DNA from: Nemertoderma westbladi
Taxonomy: Eukaryota > Animalia > Xenacoelomorpha
DNA: 64,000 bases
Assembly: GCA_032718475.1 (NCBI GenBank)
Contig: JAUCBJ010002461.1
Span: forward strand, 1 to 64,000
Direction of reading: 5' to 3'
Position numbers and translations under genes: made by a program. How positions within the stretch are numbered: the stretch's first letter is position 1; each line of letters begins with the position of its first letter. Under the pieces are notes generated by a model. It was not told where the DNA came from and made no database searches. It saw only the letters and a list, made by a program, of their open reading frames with translations. This document shows positions 40,730 through 52,504 of the stretch, in pieces.

Positions 40730-43700
40730 CTAACACAATCCTTCCGCTATTAATTTCTTAGCTCTCTCCGCAGCTTTTCTTTTAGGTCGTTGACATTCAC
40801 GGTCATTAATGGTATGTTTTGAAATACGGGAATCAGAAGAGTTAGTATTCTTATTCATCACAGAGTTTGGTTCAATACATCTCTCGTTTAATTCCAATGG
40901 AAACAACATGTTAATTGGTCGAGTTACTCGACTTACTTTTACCTTCCTTTTATTCTCGATAACAAATCTCACAACAGCACTTCTAACTTCTTCATCATTA
41001 CTGGTGTTCAAAGAATCAATAACTGCCAGTTTCCAACGTCCTCGTGGCCCATCATCCTTTATCAAAACAATATCTCCAATTTGTGGTTTATCTACCAACT
41101 GTCCCTTTCTACCCTTATGGTCAGTTTGTGTTCGCTCTTGGAGACTATGTAAATATTCGTCATAGAAAGCTTTCCAGACAGAATCAATATGTTCCTTTCC
41201 ATGAGTCCATGCACTAATCAAACTTTCCTTAAGTGTCGGAATGGCTGGTTGATAATTTGAATCTCTTAATACATCTTCATAGGATCCACATTCTAAAAAT
41301 GCACCTAAGAAATCATTTGGACATAAAGTATACCCTGAGTCTATATCATTTCCTACATATAGCAGAGGTCGACTATTTATTATAGGTTCAATTTCTAATA
41401 ACAGGCATTCAAGTTGCCTTATAGTCAAGCACGTCTTTCGTAGTAATTTCTTTAAGATCTTTTTTATCAAGCCAATAAGCCTTTCATAAAAGCCACCCAT
41501 CCAAGGGGACATTTCAGGGATAAATCGCCACTTTATGCCGTCACTTAACACAGCTTCCAATACAGATCGTGCCAGTTTAAATTGAGAAGCATTATCAGAT
41601 ATGAACATTGATATCTTCCCTGATCTCGCTTTAAATCGCCTAAAACAAAATAAAAACTCTTCAGTTCCTTGGTCTCGAACTAATTCCAATCTAACACCTC
41701 GAGTAGCCATGCATGTAAACAGACAAATCCAAATCTTTTGGACTTCGTTTGCATCGTTTCTTCCGAATAGTGGTCCCATATAATCCAATCCAGAATATTC
41801 AAAGGGAAGTGATCTCATAATACGCTCCTTTGGCAATGGAGCTATCGGAGGAAGTTTATATGATTGCCCATCTACCTTTTTACACATTATACATTTCAAT
41901 AATATTGATCGAACAACAGATCTTCCATGTATTATCCAAAAATGTCTTCTAACTAAAGCCAAAGTATGTGATACACCAACATGGAAGTTTAATTTATGTA
42001 CTCTTTCTACCAATAATTTTGTAAACCATGATCTTTTCGGGAGTAATATCGGGAAACCATTTAATGGTTCAGCATAAGTGAATCGTCCCCTGCATCGAAT
42101 AATATCATCATTATCAATAAAACAACCTAATGCTCGCTTCAACTCGTTCGTCTCATTATGGTTAATTGCATGTATCATGTCGCCGAACAAGATCATTATT
42201 TATCTGCAAACGTTTAGATTTTGGAGTAATGAACCGTAAAATGTAAACCATTACCCGAATCGCATTTGACAGATTTGAATATTTGTTTCCAAATTCTTCT
42301 AAAAATTTCCATTCAGTGTTCTCTCTATATTCTTGTTTTTTTCTGAGGATGGGCAAGTAATGACATACTGTAAAACTCCTTTGCCGGTTTTGACGCCTCA
42401 TCACATAGTTTAATATACTCGGGTGTTATTGGAGGAAGTTTTGTTGACTCCCACTCATTCGGGTCACATGAAAGCCACTCTGGCCCCTTCCACCAAATCT
42501 TATTGTCAATCAATTCGTCAATGGAACAACCTCGACTTGCAATATCTGAAGGGTTGTCCTTTGAAATAACATATCTGAATTCGTAACCAGTATTTCGAAT
42601 ATCATGCAGTCGTCTATCTACAAATGCCCCTATTTGCTTTTTAGATTTCAGCCAATAAAGTACACATAGTGAGTCAGAAAATATAATAGTATCAACAATC
42701 TGGATATTTCGAAGTTGATTTTTGCAGAAAGTTACAGCATTTGATGTTATCCACATGCCAAGAAGTTCAAGTTTTGGAATTGATGGTTGCTGTTTTGTTG
42801 ATTGGTGTTTCTTTGGTTCTATCAGTCGACTTTTAGCAAACACCAACAGTGGTTCATAACGTAATTTGTTACATTCATTTGCATATTCTTTCACCAGAAA
42901 TACACATGTTGCATAAGCCTGGGCAGAAGCATCTCCAAATCCATATAATCGGTAGTTATTTGCAACAGCAGCATAGAAACTTCTATTTAGTTTTACCGCA
43001 TTGATATTAACTATACTATCTAGTAATTTATTCCACTCTACTGACTGTGCAATCGAAAATCGTGCGTCCCAATCAAGTTTTTCTTTCCATAACCTTTGTA
43101 GAAACAGTTTTGTTCGAAGCAATACTGGTGCAAAAAATCCAAGAGGGTCAAATACACTAGAATGTGCTTTCCAAGCCAACCTTTTCGTCCACTCATCTGG
43201 TTTCAACATTTTAAATTTTGATATTGAAAATGTATCATCATTGACATTCCAACATAGGCCTAACACTTTGATAATTTCAGCCATCGATCGATCTTCTGGA
43301 TTCACAATGTCTCTTAATTCTTTGCTATTGGATTGCCAACTTCGTAAATTCATAGATGCTTCTTTAAATATATTCTTTGCTTCAGAATAAAACTCCTTCG
43401 CTTCCTTAACACTATCTACCCCAGTAGCAATGTTATCTGCATATAAGTTATCTTTAATTTGCAGTGCAACTTTAGTTCCCAATGTATTCAGGTGGAATAT
43501 TATTACAGCCAATAATAGACACAAGCTTGTAACAACTCCAAATGGAACTCTCGTAAATCGTAAGACCATTATATTATCTGAAGTACATGTTCTATTTGAG
43601 TCTTTCAACCATATAAATCTCGTCACATCCCTATCTGGAACTTGCAGTCCAACCTGCAAAAATGCCTTTTCTATATCTGCTAATATAGCAATTGGTTTTA

Positions 43701-44760
43701 TCCGAAATCGTAAAAGTACACCACATAAGTTTTCTAATAAAACTGGTCCTGAATAAAGGCACTCATTGAGGCTCTTATTTCCTTTTTTTGTTTTAGCACT
43801 TGCATTGTAAACAATTCGTACCTTTGTGGTTTCCTTATCTGGTTTAACCACAGCATGATGTGGGATATAATGTTTCAAATTTGTAGAATTTTCCTTTTTT
43901 ATTTCAACTTCTTCAACAATCCCTTTCGATATTTGATCTTTTATAATATTATCATAATCAGCTAATAATTTTCTATCATTCAATAGTCGTTTATGTACAG
44001 ATTTTAATTGACCTAAGCATAATTCATAGTTGTCGGGTAGATCTCTTGTAAAATCTTCTCGCCTTGGCCAAGTAACAAAATAACGTCCATTTTCAAAGAT
44101 TATAGAGTTGTTAAATTGCCTTAGTGCCTTATCATCATCATTGGCTACACATGATTCCTTTATTCCAAGGGTTTCTAGGTTCCAGAACAGTTCAATATTA
44201 GGTTTCTCTAATACCTTATCCACATATTCACATTGGTCATTTAGTATTGAGTTAAGACATAGTAATGTCATCATTGACTGGTTATCCTTCTGTAAATTAT
44301 TAACTTCCACTCGACCTGATAAGATCCAACCAAATTTAGATTCTAGAAGGCACAAACCGTCATTAACTTGAATTCGTTTTGTGTTTATAAACTCATCATA
44401 ATAATCATTTCCAATCAAAACTTCCATTTGATAATTTCTATCTCGTGAGTTATCAGCTAGGTAGTTGACCTTTTGTTTTAATTCAGCTTCTAAAACTTCA
44501 TCGATGGCGAAACGCCCAACAGTTCCTGTTATCTGTGGCACTACAGCAAATTCTATAGTTTGTGTAAGACCGAATTTTGGTACAATTCCCATTTTAATAA
44601 TTGGAAGTATTTGAGTCTTTATTCTCTCAGACCCAAATGTACACAATAAAAATGTTTCATATCGTTCAGTGTTAGTTATTTTTAGTTTTCGTCTTAAACT
44701 TTCTGATATGTAACTTCTTTTGCTTCCTGAATCCAAAAATATTCTCGATGTCTAGAAACG
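40730..44760 (-). pseudogene. BEL/Pao pol (protease-RT-RNase H-integrase), two frameshifts, gag and 5' LTR missing
   Basis: Protease DSGS; RT YIPHHAV, ADIEKAFLQ, PFG, YADN; RNase H FGDAS, PKLEL; integrase HHCC, GLDYMGP, SDNA, GGFYERLI. Confidence 0.93.
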
Positions 44761-47332
44761 TCATCTAATACTACAACAACATCAGACTGGCATCTTTCTT
44801 CCTCGGCTGTAATTTAATTTTTCTTTTCGTCTCTTCTCGTTTGCGGCGACTCTAAGCCTCTCTTGACGTTGACGCCGAAGCGGACATGTAGTCGTTGAAT
44901 GCCTCTTTGGTGGGCATTGCCCACGGTCCAGGTATCGAGCCAGGCGTTGGTTAACAACATCGATACGAAGTAGTGGAATATGTTCCATAAAACCACTCAT
45001 TGCTTCTTTGGCTGCTATTATTGGCTGAAATCCGTATCTGTGCTTGAGGCTGTGACTAAGAATACCATAGAATACAATATTATATTGAATGTGAGGTTGT
45101 CGAAGAACACACAGTATGAAAGACGGTAAAATATCTCCCCCCCCCCCCCCCCGGAGACTCCCATGCTGTAAAACATTATTACATTACCTTTTTCGGACCT
45201 CATCTGCACGTAAACACCATAGAATAATATTGATAATGATTCCCTATGTAAAACCAAGACAATAGATTAGCGGTAACGCGACAATTAGCCTGTCTGTCGC
45301 TCTATTATGTCCAATTTTATATGTTTATAACTCAGCCAAACCTCTTTGAAATCTAACCAAACTTAGTTGTTCTGGAAAAGTTTAGAAATTTTCCAGTTGA
45401 ATTTGCGTGTGGCCTTCAAGAAGATAAGATAAAAGCAGTTAATTAGTTAATTAAGATGATTACGGTAAAAACAGCATTTTATGCCCGCCCTTTAAAGGAA
45501 ATTAATTATTTCCTAGTATAAGATTTAAATAATTATACTTAAAAATTATACAGCTGTAATCCGCATACCCCATTCCATTATAGTTTTTAATTAGTTTAAG
45601 TGATTTGCTTTAAGAAATTAAAATACCCCATCACTCTATACTTCTATCTCCCTATATTCGTAGAACAATTAGCTATATAATTTCGTTGAAGTGTTGATAT
45701 GGTAAATTAATATTTCAGTATCAATACTCTCAGCCTAAGGCAAGTTTTAATATTTCTTAAAAATTGGGTCGCCTCCACACCTAAAATATAATTAATATAT
45801 TAATTATAAATGAATTGTTGTGGGGTGGGTGACGGCGAATTAAATATAACATATTATATTTAATATATTACTTTTAAAACACAAATTTTCTGTTAATACT
45901 GGACTTTCATCAATCCTCTGTGCGCCTTTGGGTTGGGGTGGTGCAGATCAAGAGGGGGGTTGAAGTGGAGGATCTTTCCCCTCATCTTTGATTTATTGGT
46001 GGTGTGGTTAAATTTCTTTAAAATACCGATTTTGTGATACCATAGAAATGCTCAATTTTAATTTGTATTTCATAACTGAGCCTCGTGTTTCACGAAGGCC
46101 CCACGAACGTGTATAGCTTAGTTTGCAATAGAGTTGGATCATCCTAAGTCCTGTTTAAATTACTTAATAATTTATATTGTATGTTACTTTATTTCTATTG
46201 GCTAAAACCTATGTCCTCTCTGTGGCATCATTGCTCCTTTCCTGTTATTGGCCAGGTGATGAAAGTTCTTGAATGTTATCTTGCTAATTTAAATAGTCGA
46301 AGAATGCACTAATACCTTAGAGTGTCAAGAGATTTTTTGAATTTCCTCTGAGTTTAACATTGCTATATTTCACCTGTAATATGCTGTATTACCTGTAACA
46401 TAACCTGGCTATTAGCAATTTCTATCAAAGTTATCCTCAAAATCACATCGTGGAAAAAATAATTTATATCTCTGTGGTGTTCTTGCATATACTATTAATC
46501 ATAATAATTTTTCCCCATACAACATTTACTAAAACGTTGCTTACACATGTTAAATACTCTGAAAATGGAGCTGATCTTAAAATTGGTGAGTAAAACACAA
46601 TCCCACAGAAAATAATATTTAGAAATTTTGTAGGATGGAGTTAAAAGCTACAGTTTATGAAATTTTTAAAAATTTACCATGAATTTACCAAGCCATGACA
46701 ATTGACAAGCACATACTTAACTATATTATTAAACTGGATTATAAAGCCTCTAACAGTACCTACCTTCACATAAGAACCAGTAAAATGTTGTCGAACCTCA
46801 TGTTATTAAAATATCTGGAAGTCTCAGGCTTAAATGTTCTTAAATTGCCTGTTACAAGTAGCCGGTATCGATAATGTGTACTGTATGTACAGTAGGCATA
46901 CTTCTCGTCTCTCACTAATGCAGATACTTCAATGCTCTCTATTAAAATTAAATTTTCATTAATTTCTTAAATCAATAGGACTATGAACAAGTTGGATTAT
47001 GAACGAATTATCAATTCAATTTTCATAGTTTGTGGTTTGCATTACCAATTTTAGCTTTAGTATCTAATATATTGATCATCTGATATTGTTCTTCTTCTAA
47101 AATACTAAATTACTTAATCCTAATACCTAACTTATCCTAAAATACATGTTCTTGCCCTGCTTTAGTGTGCTAATAATACTAATAATATATTGTTGTTGTT
47201 CTGGATCAATACCTACCTGGGTGTTCCTAACTTAACTAAAATAAGAAACAAATTTCATCTGAGATATTTATTAAATGAACAAATATTTACCAAACATAAA
47301 GATTACATAAACATTTATTCATGTGATCTAAT

Positions 47333-48101
47333 TGTACGAGACATTGGGTCCCATGATTGTACCACCGTCTCGGTTCAATAAGCTCCCTGCAGGCGGATGA
47401 ATTGGGGATTTACATGGCTGATCGCGAACTGTGGATGTGATGGGATCGTAGATCCCGACCGGGTAAGGTTTAGTACGCATCACCGTTCTTCTGGGCTGCC
47501 GAGCTAGTGTCCTTTTGGCCGAAGGCCGTTGGGGAAAAATAACAGAGTGATAGAGAAATGTACTGTAAATAACAGAGTATGATAATAGCACAGAATTAGT
47601 ATTTGATTGTTATCGCAATACAGAACAACAGCAGATAGAATAATATGTGATAACGTGGTGACGGTCAAAAACTATAACCGGTCTGCATCTCTGTGATTAA
47701 TGAACTGACCGGTAAATCAGAAATACAGAATAACTATATGATTGATACACACAGATATTGGTTTCACCTCTTACACTACTTGGCCTTCTGTACCCAATGG
47801 ATGCTTTCCTGCCTCTGTTCACATGCTCCCCTGCCTGCTATTGGCTTATATACTAATTGTCACGTTGGCACTCCCTATGAGTGTTTCCCCCCGCCTCTAG
47901 CCTTTACTAGCTGTGTTCTCCCTCCGAGGTGGTTTGACCTCTCACCTCTCTCTGTGGCTTTGGGGCTTGTGTCGCCCCCCCCCCCGAAGTTGGTTATGAG
48001 GCGAGATTATTATTGGTAATCTCGTATCGCCAACTATATTGGTAAAATGCCACTGGTCCCCTTTTCGGGTGGATAATGCAAGGGAATTGAATCCGCTTAC
48101 A
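47333..48101 (-). repeat. 3' LTR (~770 bp)
   Basis: Minus strand GGGGGGGAG|TGTAAGCGG; this boundary is confirmed by the homolog ending at 33574. The other end (47333 or 47358) is uncertain. Confidence 0.75.
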
Positions 48102-48110
48102 CTCCCCCCC
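48102..48110 (-). other. Polypurine tract
   Basis: GGGGGGGAG immediately before the LTR TG. Confidence 0.75.
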
Positions 48111-48773
48111 ATGCTATCTTCCCGGTGAGAAGATAGCATCAACCTTAAGTGCGCTTCAATTCCGCTGGAACCCAACCTAATATTAGGTGTGGGGTGGAGT
48201 TCTTTTCTCGGGGTCGGCTTTCCTGACCGCCCTCCCTGGGTGTGTTATTACTACCCCTCCTTGGTGCAATCACGAGCTATGTTGCACTAAGCTATCTGGG
48301 TATTTGAGAGAATTGTGCTCTCTCTTCATACAATTTTCTTTAACTCTACTCAAAACTCTCTCACGGACCTTGTTGTCCCATACTCTCACTTCGGTCCCTT
48401 GGGACTCTTCCCCTCTCACTGCTCACTCCCCACGTTTGAATTGCACTTCTTTCACTTCCTCACGCGCCAATACCTCCTCACCATACCTCCCCACTACCAC
48501 TCTCCTCTCTCTCATCGGGTCTCATGCATGTGTACATCATGTCAGTGAGATCCGTCTAAAGTCTCATCCTATTATCGTAGTCAAGTGGTCCCCAATCCCA
48601 GTAGCTAATTGGAAAAGGTTATATATGACTATAGTACTTACATTGGTTATATATTCATATTGATTATCTACATACATACATACTAATTGCACTTAATTAT
48701 TTGCACTTAGGAGTTCGTATTTTATCCCACATATGGTGCCTTCCAGGCATGTCCACATCTCCGTCCCTGAGTT

Positions 48774-51290
48774 CTAGTTCGCTCCTCCCTTCTTCAGGAA
48801 CCATCTTAGTTCTTTGCCCCTGTCATCGTCTTGTCTGGGCTGCTTCCTTCCCTCTAGTTTGTCCTCCCTGAGACTTCTCATTCTTGCCGTTACTGTCTTG
48901 CTAAGCCCCGTCGTTGGTTCTTTGGGCGCTGGTGTTATCAACTCCCGGTAACGCTTTGCAGGTGGCCCTTCCGAGTGTCCCTCCTGCTTCCCCCTGGTAG
49001 CGTCCCACAGGATCATTTTCATTGCCCATGGCACGTGTTCCGCCAGAAAGTCCCTGAACTCGCTCCTGTTCTCTGGCGACCATCTATCCAAGTATCTCTG
49101 TGTGTTGATGACTCCTTCATACGATGCCGCGGTCGCTACCTCCTGGTATGTGAATGGCCGTCTCCTCTTGATAATCTCCTGGTGGGCTCCCGGATTGATG
49201 TTGAAGAAGCCCCACCGGAACTCCTGGGCCTTCATCCTCTGCCGTGTCATAACACCGACGTCGGCCCACTCTTCGAAGATCTTAAAATTCTCAGCCAGTC
49301 GCACTGGCGCCCATAGTGCCCTGGAAAGTTGCACTTTGAGCAGCGGTTGTGCAGCCTCGGACACGCACCCATCCTATGGGTCGACTCGCAGCAGTAGAGA
49401 CAGCTTGTCCCCTTCTGAAATCGATACAAACAGCTCTTTTCTTGGTGAGTCAGTCTCCCGCAGTAGTCACAGACGTGTATCAACGCGTCCCGCCCCAAGG
49501 CGTCCTTTGCCCCGAGCGGTCTCCTAGGTCTGTGGAGCCGTTGATAGGCAAACATCTGGACACTGTGATCCCTACCCATATCAACGTCTTCCTCCACCCT
49601 CGGCATCGTCTCCCCAAACACTACCCATGGTGCCATTCCTGGTTGCTCGCCCAACCTGATTGTGCTTCCCGCGAAATCCATTGCCGGCTCCTCGTGCACC
49701 CAGGCACGCTTGCCGGGTTTATCCCAGAAGGCTCTCACCCCGCTGGCCGTCACCACTCTCCCGCCCACCCAGTCCATATCTGAGTGGCCGATCCTCTCAA
49801 TGGGCGGCATCTCTCCGAACTCGTCGTCATCTTCCTCCCTCGGTGGAAGTGGATCTGGACCCGGTAGATCCACTATGTCCCTTTCCGCCTCGGTTTCCAC
49901 CCGTAACTTTCCACCCTTCCTGCTCCCTCGGTCTCTTCCTTGCAAAATCGCCCTCAGTGCCCCCTGGTATGGGCATCACTTGCAATCCCGATTTCGACTG
50001 TTTCGGTGATCCCTCCGTCCATCCCAGTTCATCTTCCAGAAACTCGCCTGAGGTCTCCGATCCCCTCCTCAGCTCGTCCAAATTCTGGGCTTCGAACTCA
50101 TACTCCTCTCCCCTTATATCCGCTTCTCTCCTGTCTGCCTCCCTCCTTTCTCGCCTGGCAATCTCCTCCAGCCTCTTCTCCTCGATTCTATCCGCTTCCA
50201 GCTTCTCCCACCTGTTGTAGGGTGTATCCACCTCTCTATCAACTACGTGTCGGCTATCGTAGTCCACCGACTCGCCCTTTAGCCCCGGGTGGTCTACCAG
50301 ACCTTCGAAGGCCACCTTAAGGCTCTCCTATAGTTTAGAGGTGCTCCTGATAGCAGAAACACCGTTGGCTCTCTTCCGATAACCATGGCCATGAATAGGT
50401 TTAATAAACCTATCATTACCCAATCTTCCTGTAAGATATATCTCTTCTGATATATTTTTATCGCCCCCCTTCGGAACTGATACACCTCCTGTTTTCCTGG
50501 CCTCGCTCCCCATTTCAGCGAGTTCGCCAGTTCCACTCCGTACTCCTCCCGGAACTTTCCCCAGTCCATCGGCTTGTGGCAGACGAGCCCCATGAGTTGA
50601 CCCATCGCCACTGCTCCACAATGTCCTGTGTTCTCTACCAATCCCAATACCTCTGGCCCTGTCATAGCCATATAGACCGCTTGCATGTCGAGGAGGTTGG
50701 GGGTCTCCGGTCCGACGATCCTCTCCGCGTGTTCATGGATCGCTGATCCCACCTTCACCGTAGTCTTCTCCCTCACTAGGTCCTGCACCTCCCTCGGCAA
50801 CTGGTTCAACTTCGGCCCGCTCTTCTTCCCGTAGGTCCCCAGATCGAATAGAAAGATATCTCCGTTTTGCGCAGCAAAATGCAGTAGTATGGTTCTAGCC
50901 GATCCCGCCGACCCTCTTCTCGAGCCCTCGTCGTCCTCCACAGTCCCTTCGTCATCTAGGACCATGTATCCGCCCCTACTCACAGACTCTACAAACCTCC
51001 TCCATTCCTTCCTCGGTGGTTCCCTCGGATACTTCGGTATCCCGAACTTCGCCTTGTCTCCCTTTACTACGTAGTGAAAATGCTCGAGGATTGCGTTGTC
51101 CAACGACAGTGTCCCGTAGGTCCCGACCAGTCGTCTCTCGTGCATCTCCCTAAAGTGGTCCTGCAGTGCTCGCGCTTTGTACCCTTCGGTAGCGGTTTGT
51201 AGTATCCCCTCGTCTACTCTTCCGGAAGTCCACTAGTAGCTCCTTTCCAGTCCTCTCCGTCTTTCTCTTCTTCACTAGCCTCTCTGCCAT
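48774..51290 (-). pseudogene. Accessory gene: DEDDy 3'-5' exonuclease-like domain + charged linker + three CCHC zinc knuckles (~840 codons, ~4 frameshifts)
   Basis: Overlapping ORFs 50294-51145, 49827-50315, 49247-49945 and 48774-49364 plus an ATG at 51290. Exonuclease-like motifs VLDDEG, LLHFA..DIFLFDL, LP.EV.DL....VKVG, LLDMQ, WGARP, QKRYILQED. Knuckles CDYCGRLTHQEKSC, CLYCCESTHRMGAC, CSKCNFPGHYGRQC. Confidence 0.7.
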
Positions 51291-51789
51291 TACGAACTTT
51301 CCCGCACACTCACCGTATTGGTGGTGCCTTACAAATGCTCAATTAAATGAGTGCCGTTTAACAAGATGGTCTGTGTTCCATTCAGTAATGCTCTACCTGC
51401 TAAATCCTAATTTTTGTCGTATATTTCTAAATATACGCCCCCCAAAGTGCCAATTTTCCCTAATTTACAAATTTTGTCCGTTACTTTAATTATGATTCTA
51501 GAACTCCCTGCCTACAGTTGCTATAATTTATTAAATTTTACCCCTAATATTATTTATCCTTTCTCACTATGCTATTATCAATTGTCGGCGGGTTATTTTA
51601 CTTAGATAACCCCTCTAGTTTGTATACAGGGAAGACTAGCTACATTTTACTATGCTAGCTACATACCAGGCAACTTTCTGGCCCTGTAACAAACTTCCTA
51701 AGCGTACACTACGGGCTGTGCAGTACAGTAGTCTGTCTCGTGCGGCCTACATGGTCTATCCTGCTGTACCCACGTGCCCCCCTCTCCCT

Positions 51790-52347
51790 TTCGTGGCGCT
51801 CTCAATGCCCACAGCCTCTATGGTACTACGTACCCTACTACAAAGAGTATGTGTACATACCCTTTACTCTCTTACTACGTGGCACCCTCAGTGCCCACAA
51901 CTTCTAACTCTTATGGTACTATGTACCCTACTACTACTTCCATGGTAAGCCTATATACCATACTCTCTACTCTCTTACTATGTGGCGCTCTCGGTGCCCA
52001 CAACTTCTAATTTTTACGGTACTATGTACCCTACTACTACTTCCATGGTATGCCTATATACCATACTCCCTACTCTCTTACTACGTGGCGCCCTCGGTGC
52101 CCACAATTTCTAACTCTTACGGTACTATGTACCCTACTACTACTTCCATGGTATGCCTATATACCATACTCTCTACTCTCTTACTACGTGGCGCCCTCGG
52201 TGCCCACAACTTCTAACTCTTACGGTACTATGTACCCTACTACTACTTCCATGGTATGCTTATATACCATACTCTCTACTCTCTTACTACGTGGCGCCCT
52301 CGGTGCCCACAACTTCTAACTCTCATGGTACTATGTACCCTACTACT
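51790..52347. repeat. 103-bp tandem array (~5.5 units) between pol and the accessory gene
   Basis: cta(c/t)gtggc at 51875, 51978, 52081, 52184 and 52287. Confidence 0.92.
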
Positions 52348-52504
52348 TAGTACTACGTACTGTCTACTACTATTACTTTCTACAATCTTACTACTTATTT
52401 ATTATTTGCTTGTTATTTATTTTTATATTTTTATATTTTTATGTGGGAAGGGCGTCTCGCCCTCATTCCCACCCCCTCAGTCCAACATATTGGACGACTA
52501 AACA

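Larger units (their letters stand above)
39743..45290. mobile_element. Pair of ~160-bp inverted repeats (probable long-TIR DNA transposon) enclosing the BEL/Pao fragment
   Basis: 39743-39907 matches the reverse complement of 45136-45290 (GGCTAATTGT.GCGTTAC.GCTAATCTATTGTCTTGGTTTTACATAGGGAATC... through to poly-G). Confidence 0.7.

Noticed and set aside
40809-44371. Plus-strand ORFs opposite pol/RT genes (also in 35645-37514, 48975-51074, 52750-54479 and 57360-59469)
   Set aside because: Antisense shadows of minus-strand retroelement coding sequence.
48774-51290. env interpretation of the post-pol ORF
   Set aside because: No signal peptide, no convincing C-terminal transmembrane segment and no Cys-rich ectodomain; highly charged sequence with CCHC knuckles.
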